Position numbers and translations under genes: made by a program. The notes under the pieces were generated by a model, which saw only the letters and a program-made list of their open reading frames with translations, did not search any database and was not told the origin of the DNA. This document shows, piece after piece, positions 25,501 through 37,455 of a DNA stretch of 64,000 nucleotides (position 1 is the stretch's first letter; every line of letters begins with the position of its first letter). Source of the stretch: Amphiscolops sp. MND2022 (taxonomy: Eukaryota); NCBI GenBank assembly GCA_964187785.1, contig OZ076409.1, forward strand, positions 19,470,001 to 19,534,000, given 5' to 3'.

Positions 25501-28500
25501 AAAAGAAACTCATCGAAAAACAACTCACCAACTTTTAATTGAAGCCGAAAGCTGTTCGATTAAGAACAAAGACTAACCTCGTTAGTTGTGGAGCGTGAGA
25601 AGAATAGGCGTCCCAATGAAAGTGAACGCGTATTGAAACATTGATTTAGCGTTAGCAATAATATTTGTCAACATGTTTCAGAATAACTTTAAAATTTAAA
25701 AGGTCACAGTGTCAATCATCAAAATACTATTATATCGAACTTGCTCAATTCTGATATTTTGCATTGCCGAGCTGTCAACTATATTAATAGACCTCAATGA
25801 CCGAAATTGAGTTAAAAGCCTCAAGGTGTTCAAATAAAGATTCTTTTAAAGTCAAATGCATCCAAACCCTCAAAGTACCAAGGAAAATGTTTACTGTTTA
25901 TCATTCGATTCTAAGTGTTTTCAGACATATAGCTGTCGAAAGTGTGAGCCTTTTTAATAGCTCTATATGTTCCTTCAGATGCTGCGTAGCATCTCAAAAG
26001 AAAATAAGTAATTCTCCGATGCTGATTAAAATCTGATTTTCAAACTTAATTGCATACTTTCATTGTTTCTGACGATGGCTAAACGGTGTATTTGCTAAAA
26101 GGGAGACAACATGTATTCCGAACTTGGTATCTCGTCACAAGTGTTAACGCTGGAATTAAATTGCCTTGCTAGTCACGTAAATGCACTTAGAATGTTCCGG
26201 GAAGCATCAAGGAACATCAGATCAGAGACATCAAAAGTTGAATTGCGAACTTTTGCATGAAAATTGTTGCACGAAAAGAACAATGATAAAGAAAAGTTTA
26301 TCAATGGAAAGTTTCATTGTTAATGCGCCATTGCTTTCAGCAAAATCACTTTTCGGTTCTGTCTATTTCGTTTGGGAGAAGAATATATTCAGAGGGTGGA
26401 TTATGTTCATTGATTGTGATATGGATAGTAAAAAGTTGGAAGCAAATCTCAGAGCAAAGTTTGAAAGTACCATCTGCTAACCACAAAGTATCTAATGATC
26501 CCATCAAGTCTAGTAAAGAATGCTGCCAAAAATGAGATTTCGCTCTTTATCTTCTTTTTACCAGTGTCGTGAAGAAGAAAGTCTGCGAGTTCCGAGGGCA
26601 CGTCGCAATGTCTTGTATTGGGCATTGAATGTTGTGTCTAAAGATTTCTGCGGCGATGTCTGTTGGGGTTTTTGTAATGAGGTCTTTTTTGGGATGAAAA
26701 GATGCACTGGAATTTTATCAGTAACATGTGCCAAGCTTGTCGCAATTGTATCTACATTTCCTGTATTATGGGCAGTTTCTTTCATGGCACTGACGAGTTT
26801 TCTTGTTTCGGTTTCCCCAGGCACGAAACGGCAACAGTGTTATTGTGGGTATTTGGTGATTAAATCACTGCAAGTGATAACTGTCGATCGATATTTGAAC
26901 TGCCTGTTGTAGCGGCAAATCCAATGGATGGTTGCTTTTGTTTGTTGTTTTTTTAGTAAATTCGTACCCATTTTATATCAGAGGATCTTTATTTTTGTTG
27001 GAGCGACCGATTTCAGAATTCATTTTGCACATAAATGTTCATCGAAATAGCAAGATTGTTGGTAATTTCGGTATATTCACACCTTCGGTGAATCCAGTCG
27101 ACCATCTTTAATTGCCAATTACGTTTTCGTCACGTTACTTCAAACGCGTAAATGAGAATGGCTTGGTGGTCGTTTTAATTATCGTCACTCATTAGTCAAT
27201 TATGTATTAATCTTTCAATCGACTGTCTCAGCTACTAATGCCTAATCAAAGCTACTTTCACACTATGAAATTCAATCTAGGGGATTATGACCTAGGAGAT
27301 TTATGTCTAGGAGGTCGTAGCTTAGGTGATTTTGACCTGATACTGATTTCTGAAATCAAATCAAAAACGTGATGCTGCATGATGGAACGGACTTCCGAGT
27401 TCGTCAACAAATTTCCTAAAATTGTTAGGTCCGATCTAAAAGAATTACAGGCAGTGAAAATATGGTTATCAAGCTGGAAATTTTTGCTATTTCTTTGAAA
27501 ATTTTCAGATCGGCCCCTCCAATTGGAGCTGCCTCCTTGATTGTAGCTGTTTTTCAATTGGACCTCTCGCTCTAAATATAACCCCCATTTTAATGGAACC
27601 TGCAGAGTACGTGAAATTTACATTTACTGCAATGGAAAATACGTTCTCGTTAAAAAGTTCGAGATCAATTTTATAAATGGAAGAATAATTTGTGCTAGCT
27701 AGCTTTTTAGGAAAGATTTAGCGTTTTATTTGCTTTGCAGGGCAAGAAGCGTAAATTGGAGGATAACAGGACTAGAACTGAGCATGCTAAAACGGTGAGT
27801 TGTTTAGTTTTTTTACTTCTTGCTTTTATTCCAATCAGCTCTTTTAGAAAAGATTGTTTCGTCGAAATGTGGCACATGCTTTCTACCTAAGGCATCTGAA
27901 AATTATGAGGTGGATAATTCAATACTAAGACAATTCCAAGAAATGGTGCTAAAGGATTAGTTGTGGATTTTGTTCATGTCGTTTATTTTGGAGGTGACGG
28001 GTTTTGTGTTCAGGCAAATTTGATGAATGGCCATGTCCACTCATCTCCCCAGTCACAATCCATGCAATCTAACCAAGCAGTTAATGAGCAGAGAATTGAT
28101 GGTACCTACCTAACGGAAATGGTGCAAAACGCGACGGCCCTACCGCCATCCACTGGTGACATGCTACATTCGGCTGGCAACCGAACAGCTTTGACAGGCA
28201 ACCCATCGATGCGATTGGTGAGTAACAACGACCCCTTGTCTGTTGATCGCAACCCGGCTACAAACTCAGGCTCGGCATGTTTGCAATACACGACATATCC
28301 TCCAATCTCGTCAACCCCCGCTTCTGCAACCAGTGTGACTCAGCTCTCGGTTCCAGTGCCGGCAGCTTCGCTTATTACAGTTCCCGCTACCGTGCCTTTG
28401 CTTATTCGCCAGAGCGAAAGCAATTCCAACACCATCCGCCAGACCTCATCTCCCAGATTAATTCACGACTCATCGGGCAATGGGGCAAATAATATACTAC

Positions 28501-29066
28501 AAAACGTGCACGTACAATCTTCTGTGTCGCTACCTCTTCAAATGGGCGTCGGAAGTAACACGAAGTACTTCGTGACCTCTTCTCAACCTCCTAGCGCCTC
28601 TCTCCCTATATCTATAACTTCCAACCCTAACTTCATAAATATCCAGCAAATGCCTTTCCAGACAACCGGAAACTCTCCAAATCATGCATGCGCTGATCTG
28701 CCTCCGGCGAATCGGATCAAAATCGAAGAAGGACCACCACAAATTTCCCAACAACAACTGGATTCTCAGCAGCAGATGTTGAGCTACCAGACATGTGAGA
28801 ATGATCTTGAGCGTGGCGGCGGAGGAGGGGGCAGTGGTATGTCACTGCGCAGGCCAGCAGTACAGATAGCGCAATTCTCCGTCCTGGAATCCAACATGCA
28901 CTCGGGTGCAGGCGACTCGGTTTCTGCAGTAAACTCAGTCGCTGTCATAAACAACATGCCTCACGTTCTTCACCGTGCCACCCAACAGTTATTACCTCCG
29001 CCCAGGATCAGATCAGTGACCCCTGTTAATGAAGGAGATGCTTCCTCTCTATCTTCCAACAGGTGA
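19558..29066 (+). CDS. SRF: Serum response factor (SRF-type MADS-box transcription factor); exons ~19558-20252, 24610-24912, 27741-27794, 28014-29066; start codon uncertain
   Basis: KKTRGRVKINIELIQDKERRSTTFSKRKNGILKK|ANELAILTGAEVMLLIASETGHVYSYAT matches the SRF MADS/SAM region. GT-AG junctions keep frame; the C-terminus is S/T/P/Q-rich. Confidence 0.92.
21150..22330 (-). pseudogene. Degenerate Tc1-like transposase in SRF intron 1, split by a Helentron-like insertion
   Basis: Minus-strand motifs in the expected order: SKTIVRRVFKKHG, FW*NVVFTDD, MWGAI...LN, then past the insertion FQQDNALIH and LNTIENL. Confidence 0.8.
21298..21716 (+). mobile_element. Helentron-like family A, complete copy
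   Basis: tttttagtcgg start; 3' end gagccttagatatagcgccaactttggccgttcccggcttgtt; T-rich on both sides. Confidence 0.75.
22611..22957 (-). mobile_element. Helentron-like family D with ~3 internal tandem units
   Basis: Sub-terminal IR TATTTTCCGCC / GGCGGAAAATA; the end aacaagacgcccgct is shared with 49297; internal repeat cctcct..gtaaaacgcaatttacttcggatataacgt. Confidence 0.6.
24314..24383 (-). ncRNA. tRNA-derived (SINE-head-like) segment; not a clean cloverleaf
   Basis: GCCCCTATGGCACAGTGG (A box) ... GGTTCGAATC (B box) ... GGGG. A family B 3' hairpin (gcgaagcaccgcttcgc) lies at 24483-24507. Confidence 0.55.
24975..27345 (-). mobile_element. Degenerate Mutator (FLYWCH-MULE, Phantom-like) transposon in SRF intron 2; boundaries approximate
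   Basis: Minus strand: RSNKNKDPLI*NGYEF...IHWICR (FLYWCH-like, ~27020-26850) and LWLADGTFKLCSEICFQLFTIH...YILLPN (MULE, ~26490-26365). Inverted ~15-bp arrays aaatctcctag (25441-25495) / ctaggagattt (27277-27340). Confidence 0.8.
25007..25407. mobile_element. MITE with GCGACAATTCGTCCCA sub-terminal arrays
   Basis: Motif is direct at the left end and inverted (tgggacgaattgtcgc) at the right; flanking direct repeat CTGTCTGA at 24999-25006 and 25408-25415. Confidence 0.8.
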
Positions 29067-32000
29067 TTTGGTAGTCAACAGGGTGTCACTTCCCCTTGTC
29101 CCTGATAGGGTCTATAACCACCTGGGAGCCCAATTCTAATGACAGTTACCAACGACATTTAATATTTATTTAATGTTAGGTATTCAGATTTAGTATCTAC
29201 TGCAAGATTTAATAGCTTAACTTTCAAATAGTAGACGATTCCCTAGACGAACAAGCATCGATGCCTTACATTATTGTATCTACTTTAGCGCAACGCTGCG
29301 TTATTAGTCATTTCATTGGCATCAAAAACATCTACCAGGTTCTAACAACACCAAGAAGAATTTTTCAAGCTTCTGAAATTCGTGTTACTTAGTTTCTGCG
29401 CTTTGAACTTTTTGTACATCTCTATATTTTCAATTAATTTTTATTGATTGCATTAAAAATCTTGGCAGCAGAAAAATGTGATTTTTTTCGGAACTTTCAT
29501 TTGTTTGGTATAGTACTACAAGACATTTCATGCTGTACAAAACGTCTCAACACTTTCTCGAAAATATTAGAAAAGTTATGTGAGTAGATTGAGTGTTTGT
29601 TGATTTTAATGTTCTCTGCGTAAAGTAGATGTTTTTGATGCTTTTAACGCAACCTTTAGATGTGTTATAAAACTGTATTATATTTTTGCTATTTGTGGAG
29701 CATTTATTTTTAACTGCTGGGCAGTAATCATGCCAATCTGTAGCTGCTTTTACTACAGAATAGTCTTTATGTGTATTTGCAGCTGCACTTTGATTGACTG
29801 ATTCAAGAATTTGACCATTTTTAAATTCATGTCTATTTGAAATTGATACACTCATTACTAAATTTTACTCATTTTGCTTCTTTTCCAGTTGATTACAAAT
29901 TGTGCTGCCTATGATTATGTACTAAAATGTTCGTTTGTTACAAGAGACCTATTGATTTGAAGATTAACATTTATACTCGTTCTTAAGATGTGTAAAACAA
30001 AATTAGAAGAACTGTTTTCTCCATAGAGATTGAAGTGTTTACATGGGTAAGAAAAAAAACATTGTTAGAAAACTCATACTATGGTAGTTACTTTTCTAAG
30101 ACTATCTTTATAAGTTTATAAATTTTATCCCTCGTGTTGTCCTGCCACTCGCCGATCTAGGGGAGCGCGGGCGTCGGGGAAAAGGATTCGGCATACGTCA
30201 TCGAAAAGCATGCCTACGGATGGTGGGCGTTGGTAAGTGTCTGGCGTCAACAATTACCGTCATATGTGTGACATGTGATGCAATTTCAAAACGGCGTTAG
30301 ACTGGATGACGTTTCTATTCACGCTGAACTACTTTGAGGCAGTTTATTTTTTAAAAAAACGTGCAACCGAATGATTCGAAGGAAAAAATATTAACTAAAA
30401 CGAGAGCAATGTGCTTTGTTGTTTGTTTTCAGAAGTGATAGCCTTCACGATTGACGCCAGGTCAACTTGGAAGGCTATCGTGGGTGTTAAAGGTGATGAA
30501 TGTCCGAAAATTGAAATCCAGCAAGTAAGGCGTCAATCAGTACCCTAACTTTCGAAAATAATTGGAATCATTGGCGCAAAAAAAACATTTGGAGCAAAAA
30601 ATTGGAGCAAAAATCAATGATGTCCTCTTTTTGGGACATTTCTCGGTCGAAATGGACAACTTCCGGTCGGAGAGGGGGTTATTTCCGGTCTCTGCTGATG
30701 TCCTCTACGGATCCCGTTTACTAGCACTTCATTATTATTTCTGCTTTAGCAGGAATATTATTGAAATCTCAAAATGTCTACTTTTTTACAGTACAATTCT
30801 TGGCACGATACTGAATAATTCTGTTTTGTTCGGCAGTGACTATAAGCGTAAGAATTAAAATTCTCAAGCTGCCGACGACAATTCAATTCTCGTGCGATGG
30901 AACCAGCGAGTCGTAATTATGCATTCGTAAGCTGACGTCATTGAGATGAAGCGAGCGAATGTTCGTAATTGTGCTTTCGTTGCGCCGAGTTATTGAGATG
31001 AAGCGAATGAGTGTTAATTATACTTTCGCGGAGAGCTTCGCCTGCATTCAAATATATATTTGCTTTAGCCCGAGATTTACTACTATTACTACTGATAGCC
31101 TGAATTGATTCTAGTCAGAAATTGATTCTATAAAGAAATACTTGATATTTGCATGTACAGATTTTTTTAACAACTGATTTAAAGGCGGTACGTGTAACTA
31201 ATTTAACTGGTACAGTGCTTAATTGTGCGCTAAATAATGGTTCATAGTACTTAGGCGACCGAAATGTGATCTCATTAAGGATCACAATGTCAAAAAACGT
31301 CAAGGGGGGTTAGACGCCGTTTCCCGTCATTGCGGTGCCCACTAATGGCTAACCTGTGTTAACTAAGTTGCGCCCAGGCAGTACTTCAACTTTGATTTCC
31401 TGATAGCCGCCCTTAAAACGACTACTTTCCGATGAGAATAACGACTTTTTGTTAAAAAAACACAAGATTGTCATTTCCGGTCTCAGGGCGTGATGGGGGT
31501 GAAAACATCTTATGTCGTCTGTTACACCTCAATGTGCTCGACAAAACGTCAGCAGGGCGTGGACACGCTAAATCCACGGCTTCATCCGCAAGTTCGGCAT
31601 TTACCCAAATTTGGGTGGTAAAATCCGAGGGGGTTACCCCTCTATCTCGGTGGGGGTGATCTGATTGTAACCAAAATTCCTCGATAGATGTATTTTCAGA
31701 TGCTGCAACGCAACGTAGGAGCGACCAAAATCGCTAGGATGCCCTGGAAGAAGTTATGATGACAAAAACAAAAGACATAAAAAACGCAAAATAACGCAAA
31801 AATGGTGAAAAGTAACCCTTAAAGTCTATAGCTAGAAAAAAATGTTTACCCCCAGTTCCATTAGTTGTTACTTCGTCATAGATGCCGGCATACAGGACCC
31901 TGCCCGTCGCCCTCGAAATTTCGGTAGGGTTATCGTCCGGACCACCAAGTCCGGCTTCTTGGTCTTGTGCACAGCGTGCGGGATTGGAGTTCGTTGGCTC

Positions 32001-32245
32001 GGAACCTTGCTGGTTTTAAAGTATTTTTGTTGTCTCAGGCTGGACTAGGTCAAAGTGTCCGCCTTTGTTTTTTTTCAGTCCTTTGCTACTTTTTTCAAGG
32101 GAAAAGTTAAATTACCAAGGTGTACCTCTGTCGATTTTGGTGTTTTTTGTGAAAAAGCTTTTTGCGAACCTAAATGGTTCCCACTTTGTGTGAAATCTTT
32201 AAAAAATGAATTTTCCCCGCTATGTCCTTTTTTCGAAATGTTTTG

Positions 32246-32782
32246 TTTTTAGTCGGCGCTTTTCGTAGAAAAACGCAGACTATAGTAGTGTTAAGACCAA
32301 CGAAGTGACATATTTTATAAGCTTTATAAGGTGGCTTCCACTAACTGCATAGAAACTACTGGTTCTTGGCATAGAGTTTAATTAGGCTTTTTTTGAGGTG
32401 TGCCAAGCAGAAGGACGTGGGTTTTTTTGTGCGGTTTTTTTTGGAAAGTACAAACTTTTTTGTGCAGGTTTTTCGGCATTGTGAGACTTTTTTTTCGCAA
32501 TTTTTTAAAATGTCTCCAATGGGTCCACCTTCGTTTTTTTTTCTATTTTGCAAAAGAAAGGATGTTCAAAAATTCCCAAAGTCCCCCTTTTACATTTTTC
32601 GGCACTATGCGACTTACCGAAGATCAAAAAAATTTCGAAAAAAATTCGGAAAAAAATTCGGCATGTTTTTTCAATTTTTTCCTCACGCGGGTACTGTAGA
32701 AGAGAATACTCGACACTCTGAAGTCCTTTTGCTATTTTTGAGCCTTAGATATGGCGCCGACTTGGGCCGTTCCTGGCTTGTT
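32246..32782 (+). mobile_element. Helentron-like family A, complete copy
   Basis: Both sub-terminal IRs and the 3' hairpin gccgttcctggc + ttgtt are present. Confidence 0.75.
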
Positions 32783-32809
32783 TTCCCAAACTTTGACGTT
32801 GAGTATATT

Positions 32810-33606
32810 TAAAAGACTACTTGACCGGCGAGCGGAAACACATCCAAGTTAGTGCAAAGTGTCCCCCTTCCGTGTACTCACTTTTTAACGTAAGATACAA
32901 AACCGGACGGGACTACAGGGTCCCCCCTTTTAATTTTTTTGGCACTGCGACTTTTCGATATTTTTTGTCGCCAAAGTGTCCTACCTTCAATTTTTTTGAT
33001 ATTTTGCAACAAACTGAATTTTCAAAAGCCGAAAGGGTCCCCCTTCTACATTTTTTACACTTGCGATAAGCAAGTGTTATGGGAAAGTGCGGGTGTTTTT
33101 TTCTGCGCGACAACTCTTTCATTTCACGCGGCAAGTCGCACATTTCACGCGTTCGTGGTCTAGTGGTAAGATGCTTGCTTTTCAACCCAGAGGTTTCGTG
33201 TTCGGATCCGTGGGTATGCGCTGATTTTTTAACAAGTATTCCGAAGCAGAAGGTTCTCTTTTTTCGGCACTATGGACTCCTCAATGTTTTAGGCACTATG
33301 CAACTTACCGGAGACCATCAAAAATATTTTCGAATTTTTTTTTTCAATTTTCTGTTTTTAAAGGTTTTTCGTTGAGAAAGATGGGTTTTTTGCTGTTTTC
33401 AGTTGGGGGAGAATGGTTTTCGAGACTTATGCGTATCCTTTCGGGTATTTTTTGGCTCTGTATATTGTAAAATTGATGAGCTTTTAATGTCCTTTTACCC
33501 TTGGTTCTCCTTATGATACTGCTTATTTGGTTTTCTTCAAAAGTTCGCAAGTGTTTGCGAAGCACCGCCTTAGGTATAGCGCCGACTTTAGACGTTCCCG
33601 TCTTGT
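32810..33606 (+). mobile_element. Family A element containing a nested family B module (~33055-33568) with a tRNA-derived cassette
   Basis: Family A interior, then ttacacttgcgataagcaagtgt...tcgcaagtgtttgcgaagcaccgc fused directly to cttaggtatagcgccgactttagacgttcccgtcttgtt. Confidence 0.7.
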
Positions 33607-34566
33607 TATGCAAAGCAATTTTGGTCACTTTATAAATTGTGAAATAGCGTCATCTTCAGCGTGATATTTCACTAACACTGATCACACAAAATAAGTACTT
33701 CACATGAAGAAGCGAAAGTGTAAAAAGATCGAATCGATAACAAAGTTAAAATGTTTACATTCTTGATCGACATAGTGAGAGCTGCATTGTAATCCTACTA
33801 GGTTTTTTGAACAGTTTATTGGAATTTTTCACATTTCATAAAAAAGTAGCTATGTATGTATGCGTGAAACAGCAGATTTAACGAGGTATTCCAGAGCTTT
33901 CGAGCGAATCTTCTGTTCATTCTGTTCCGAATTTTATTTTGTAAGAAGGACCTATCGACCTTTTGGACCTTCCGCAATTTAGTAGCTTGAATTGTACGAA
34001 AAGTTATACTTCGTGCAATAACGTTTCTGACCAGGGCATGTAGTCACTGACTCTCAGCAGCATTTTAGTCGATGCTTTCGAAAAGAGCAACTATAGTCAT
34101 GGGTTTTCGTTAGTTTTTTTTCGATACACCTAGAGTAGCCAAAGTCAAGTTTTTCAATGGCCAATGGCAAAGTTAGTAACTTCTCACTGTCACTTGGCCT
34201 AGTTGTTGACGCGGATTTCCTGTCCGGGCGGGAGAACGTGGGTTCGAGTCTCGAACTAAACCAAAATTTTAAAAAATATTTCTACATAATTACTAAACCA
34301 AAAACTTTTTCGGGACTCAGATTTTTCTTTCAAACCTAAACTCCTTTTTTTGATTGTTCACTTACGCTCAGTTCAATTCTGATGGTTACATCAGAAGTCT
34401 ATACACTTTTTGTTCGTGGACTATCAGGTAGAGCTTGGCCAGAAACAGGTGACATGGTTTTTTCAGCAAATAGTTGATCGTTCTTAGCCCAGATAATTAT
34501 TGACTTCTTTTGGTTTGCTTTCAGATTTTTTTCTCTGTTGACTTGTTTGGACCGTGACCTTTTTTC

Positions 34567-36258
34567 ATGTCGACGGCAGATGAGCTGAAAGCTTTGGGCA
34601 ACAAAGCCCTTCAAAGCGAAAACTTTTCGGAAGCGATCAAACATTACACTGACGCAATTGCTCTCGACCCCTCCAATCACGTGCTTTACAGTAACCGTTC
34701 TGCTGCTTACGCCAAACAAGAAAAATATGAAGAAGCTTTGAAAGATGGCGAGAAATGTATTTCACTGAACAAATCATGGGGCAAGGGCTATTCACGAAAA
34801 GGAGCAGCATTAGCGTACCTTGGGAAGCACAAAGAGGCCGAAGAGTGTTATAAGGAGGGTTTGAACGTGGATCCTTCCAATCAGGTTCTTAAGGATGGAC
34901 TCGCGGAAGTGCAAAAGAAACGTCAGCAAGCTTTCAACCCGTTTTCCTCGCCTGATGCTATCATGAAACTGCGTGCAGACCCCAGGACTCGAGATTATTT
35001 AGACGATCCTTCTTTTCTGCAGCAACTCAGCATGATGAACTCAAACCCTCAGATGATGACAGCCTTTATGCAATCAGATCCTCGAATTATGACTGCTTTG
35101 GGGGTCATTTTAGGAATAGACATGGCTAACATGTCAGCTGGAGGCGATGACGTCGAAATGCACGATATAAACAGAGACGAAACTCCTCCTAGGAAGGAAA
35201 GTCCTCCTCAAAAGAAGCCAGAGAAACCTTCCAATTCATCAACTACTGCCGCCAAGAAAGAAACAGTTGCAACAGAACTATCAGAAGCTGATCAGGAAAA
35301 ACAGAAGGGCAACGAAGCATACAAAGCCAAGAAGTTTGACATCGCTCTTCAACACTATGACAAAGCTATCGAATTAGATGATAAGAATATGACGTATGTC
35401 TTGAACAAAGCTGCAGTTTATTTCGAAATGGGAGAGTTTGAGAAGTGCATTGAGCTAGCAGAAAAATCAGTTGAGATTGGACGTGAAAACCGAGCAGACT
35501 TCAAGCAAATTGCCAAAGGGTATGCGAGAATTGGCAATGCATACTATAAGCAAGAAAAATACGAACTTGCAGTTAAATTTTTGGGCAAATCGCTTTCGGA
35601 GCACAGGGATCCTTTGATTGTGAAAAAGTGCAAACAGGCGGAAGATATCTTGAAAGAACGAGCAAGGTTAGCTTACATAGACCCAGAAAAATCAGAAGCT
35701 GAGCGACAGCTGGGGAACGACTATTTCCAAAAAGGTCAATATCCTGAGGCAATCCGTCATTACGAGGAAGCTATCAAGCGTAATCCAGATGATCCCAAAA
35801 CCTACTGCAATCGAGCTGCATGTTATATCAAATTGGGTGAATTCCAGCTTGCTGAGCGGGACTGTGATGAAACCTTAAAACGCGATTCCAAGTTCATTAA
35901 AGCCTATCTGCGAAAAGCACAAGCGTGGAAGACTCGAGACCTTGACAAGGCTGCGGATATTCTGAGAGAAGCACAGAAGATTGATCCTGAGAACAAAGAA
36001 GTGGCCGATGCTTTGCTCGATATCAGAGACCAAAAAGCTTCTCGGTTAATGAACACCGGTAACCTTTCGGAGGAAGAAATTAAACAGCGTGCTATGCAGG
36101 ATCCAGCCGTTCAGGAAATTTTGGCCGATCCTGGCATTCGTATGATCTTGAATCAAATGCAGGAGGATCCCAAAGCAATCATGGATCACTTGAAAAATCC
36201 GATGATTGCCAAAAAGCTTGAGAAATTGATGGAAGTTGGAATTCTTCAAATGCGATGA
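34567..36258 (+). CDS. STIP1: Stress-induced phosphoprotein 1 (HOP/STI1 Hsp70-Hsp90 organising protein), 563 aa, no introns in CDS
   Basis: TPR1 (LYSNRSAAY, WGKGYSRKGAA), DP1, TPR2A (EKQKGNEAYK, GRENRADFKQIAK), TPR2B (AYIDPEKSE, YCNRAACY), DP2 (AMQDPAVQEILADP). Confidence 0.97.
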   Translation: MSTADELKALGNKALQSENFSEAIKHYTDAIALDPSNHVLYSNRSAAYAKQEKYEEALKDGEKCISLNKSWGKGYSRKGAALAYLGKHKEAEECYKEGLNVDPSNQVLKDGLAEVQKKRQQAFNPFSSPDAIMKLRADPRTRDYLDDPSFLQQLSMMNSNPQMMTAFMQSDPRIMTALGVILGIDMANMSAGGDDVEMHDINRDETPPRKESPPQKKPEKPSNSSTTAAKKETVATELSEADQEKQKGNEAYKAKKFDIALQHYDKAIELDDKNMTYVLNKAAVYFEMGEFEKCIELAEKSVEIGRENRADFKQIAKGYARIGNAYYKQEKYELAVKFLGKSLSEHRDPLIVKKCKQAEDILKERARLAYIDPEKSEAERQLGNDYFQKGQYPEAIRHYEEAIKRNPDDPKTYCNRAACYIKLGEFQLAERDCDETLKRDSKFIKAYLRKAQAWKTRDLDKAADILREAQKIDPENKEVADALLDIRDQKASRLMNTGNLSEEEIKQRAMQDPAVQEILADPGIRMILNQMQEDPKAIMDHLKNPMIAKKLEKLMEVGILQMR

Positions 36259-36857
36259 AGTTGATGAAACCAGCGATGTTTGTGTAAGAAACCACTTTGA
36301 TGACTTGTTTAATTTTACATCAATGGTTCGACTAATGTCGCTTAATAATTTGTTGTTCAAGTTGAAAGTCTCCAAATTTTGATGCGATTATCATATGCAA
36401 AGCAAACTGCAAATAAATTTTTCAAAAAATGTTTTTTTTTCCTCATTTGTCCTTGAAATTGGATAGAATTCGGTCTTTTTTCCATGCTTTTTCGATTTTT
36501 CGAAACGTGTTTTTAACACCATTAACTTTATTTACCGGCATAATTCAGTAACTTGTCAATCGAATTTTCTATTCCGCCGACGCCACGCGTAATTTGCTAT
36601 TAATCAAGGTTGTAGTTGGTATAAATTATAGCTGAACAGGATTGAAGACGAATCGTTTTAAAGCAGATAAGATTGTATTCTCAATTGTAATTGGCCGAAC
36701 CATTCGAGAAAGAAGCTTCAATTTCGTAACTATTATGTAACGATTAAATGCAGTCAGAACAAACGGAAGTTAATGCATGTAGTAGATTCGATTATAATCT
36801 CAAGGAGCTATAGTCCGGTTCCGACAAAATCACGACCACCAAGGTTCGATGTGTACC

Positions 36858-37455
36858 AACAAGCCGGGACGGCATAAGTCGGCGCCATATCTAAGGCTCA
36901 AAAATAGCAAAAGTACTTCAAAGTGTGGAGTATTTTTACAGTACCTGAAAAACCCAAAAGTTGGACCGAATTGGCGCGCTGGTGACGGCGCGCTAAAAGG
37001 GAGGACCCCTTTGCATTTTTAACATCCATTGTTGCAAAACATAAAAAAAATTGAAGGGGTACCCTCTGGTGATTTTTTTTGCAAAAAAAGTCTCACAATG
37101 CCGAAAAAACTGAAAGGAGGACCCTTTGGGAATTTTCAACATCCATTCTGTCGCAAAACATTAAAAAATTGAAGGGGACCTTTTGGGGAAATTTTTCTTT
37201 CGAAAAAAAGTCTAACGATGCCGAAAAAAAACTGAAAGGGGGGACCCTTCAGTCTCTTCCGGTATTGTATGTTACGCGAAAAAAGAGGAAAAACTGTTTT
37301 GGTTCACTTCGCTAGGCCCAATGATTCAATTAGGAACCATAAAATTTCGTAGAAATTTTAAGAACTATTTTGGTCAGTTCGTGTGGATTGAAAAAAAAAT
37401 TTAAAAGGGTCACTATAATAGTCGCGTTTCACTTCATGAAGCGCCGACTAAAAAA
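36858..37455 (-). mobile_element. Helentron-like family A, complete copy
   Basis: aacaagccgggacggcataagtcggcgcc ... gaagcgccgactaaaaa. Confidence 0.75.
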
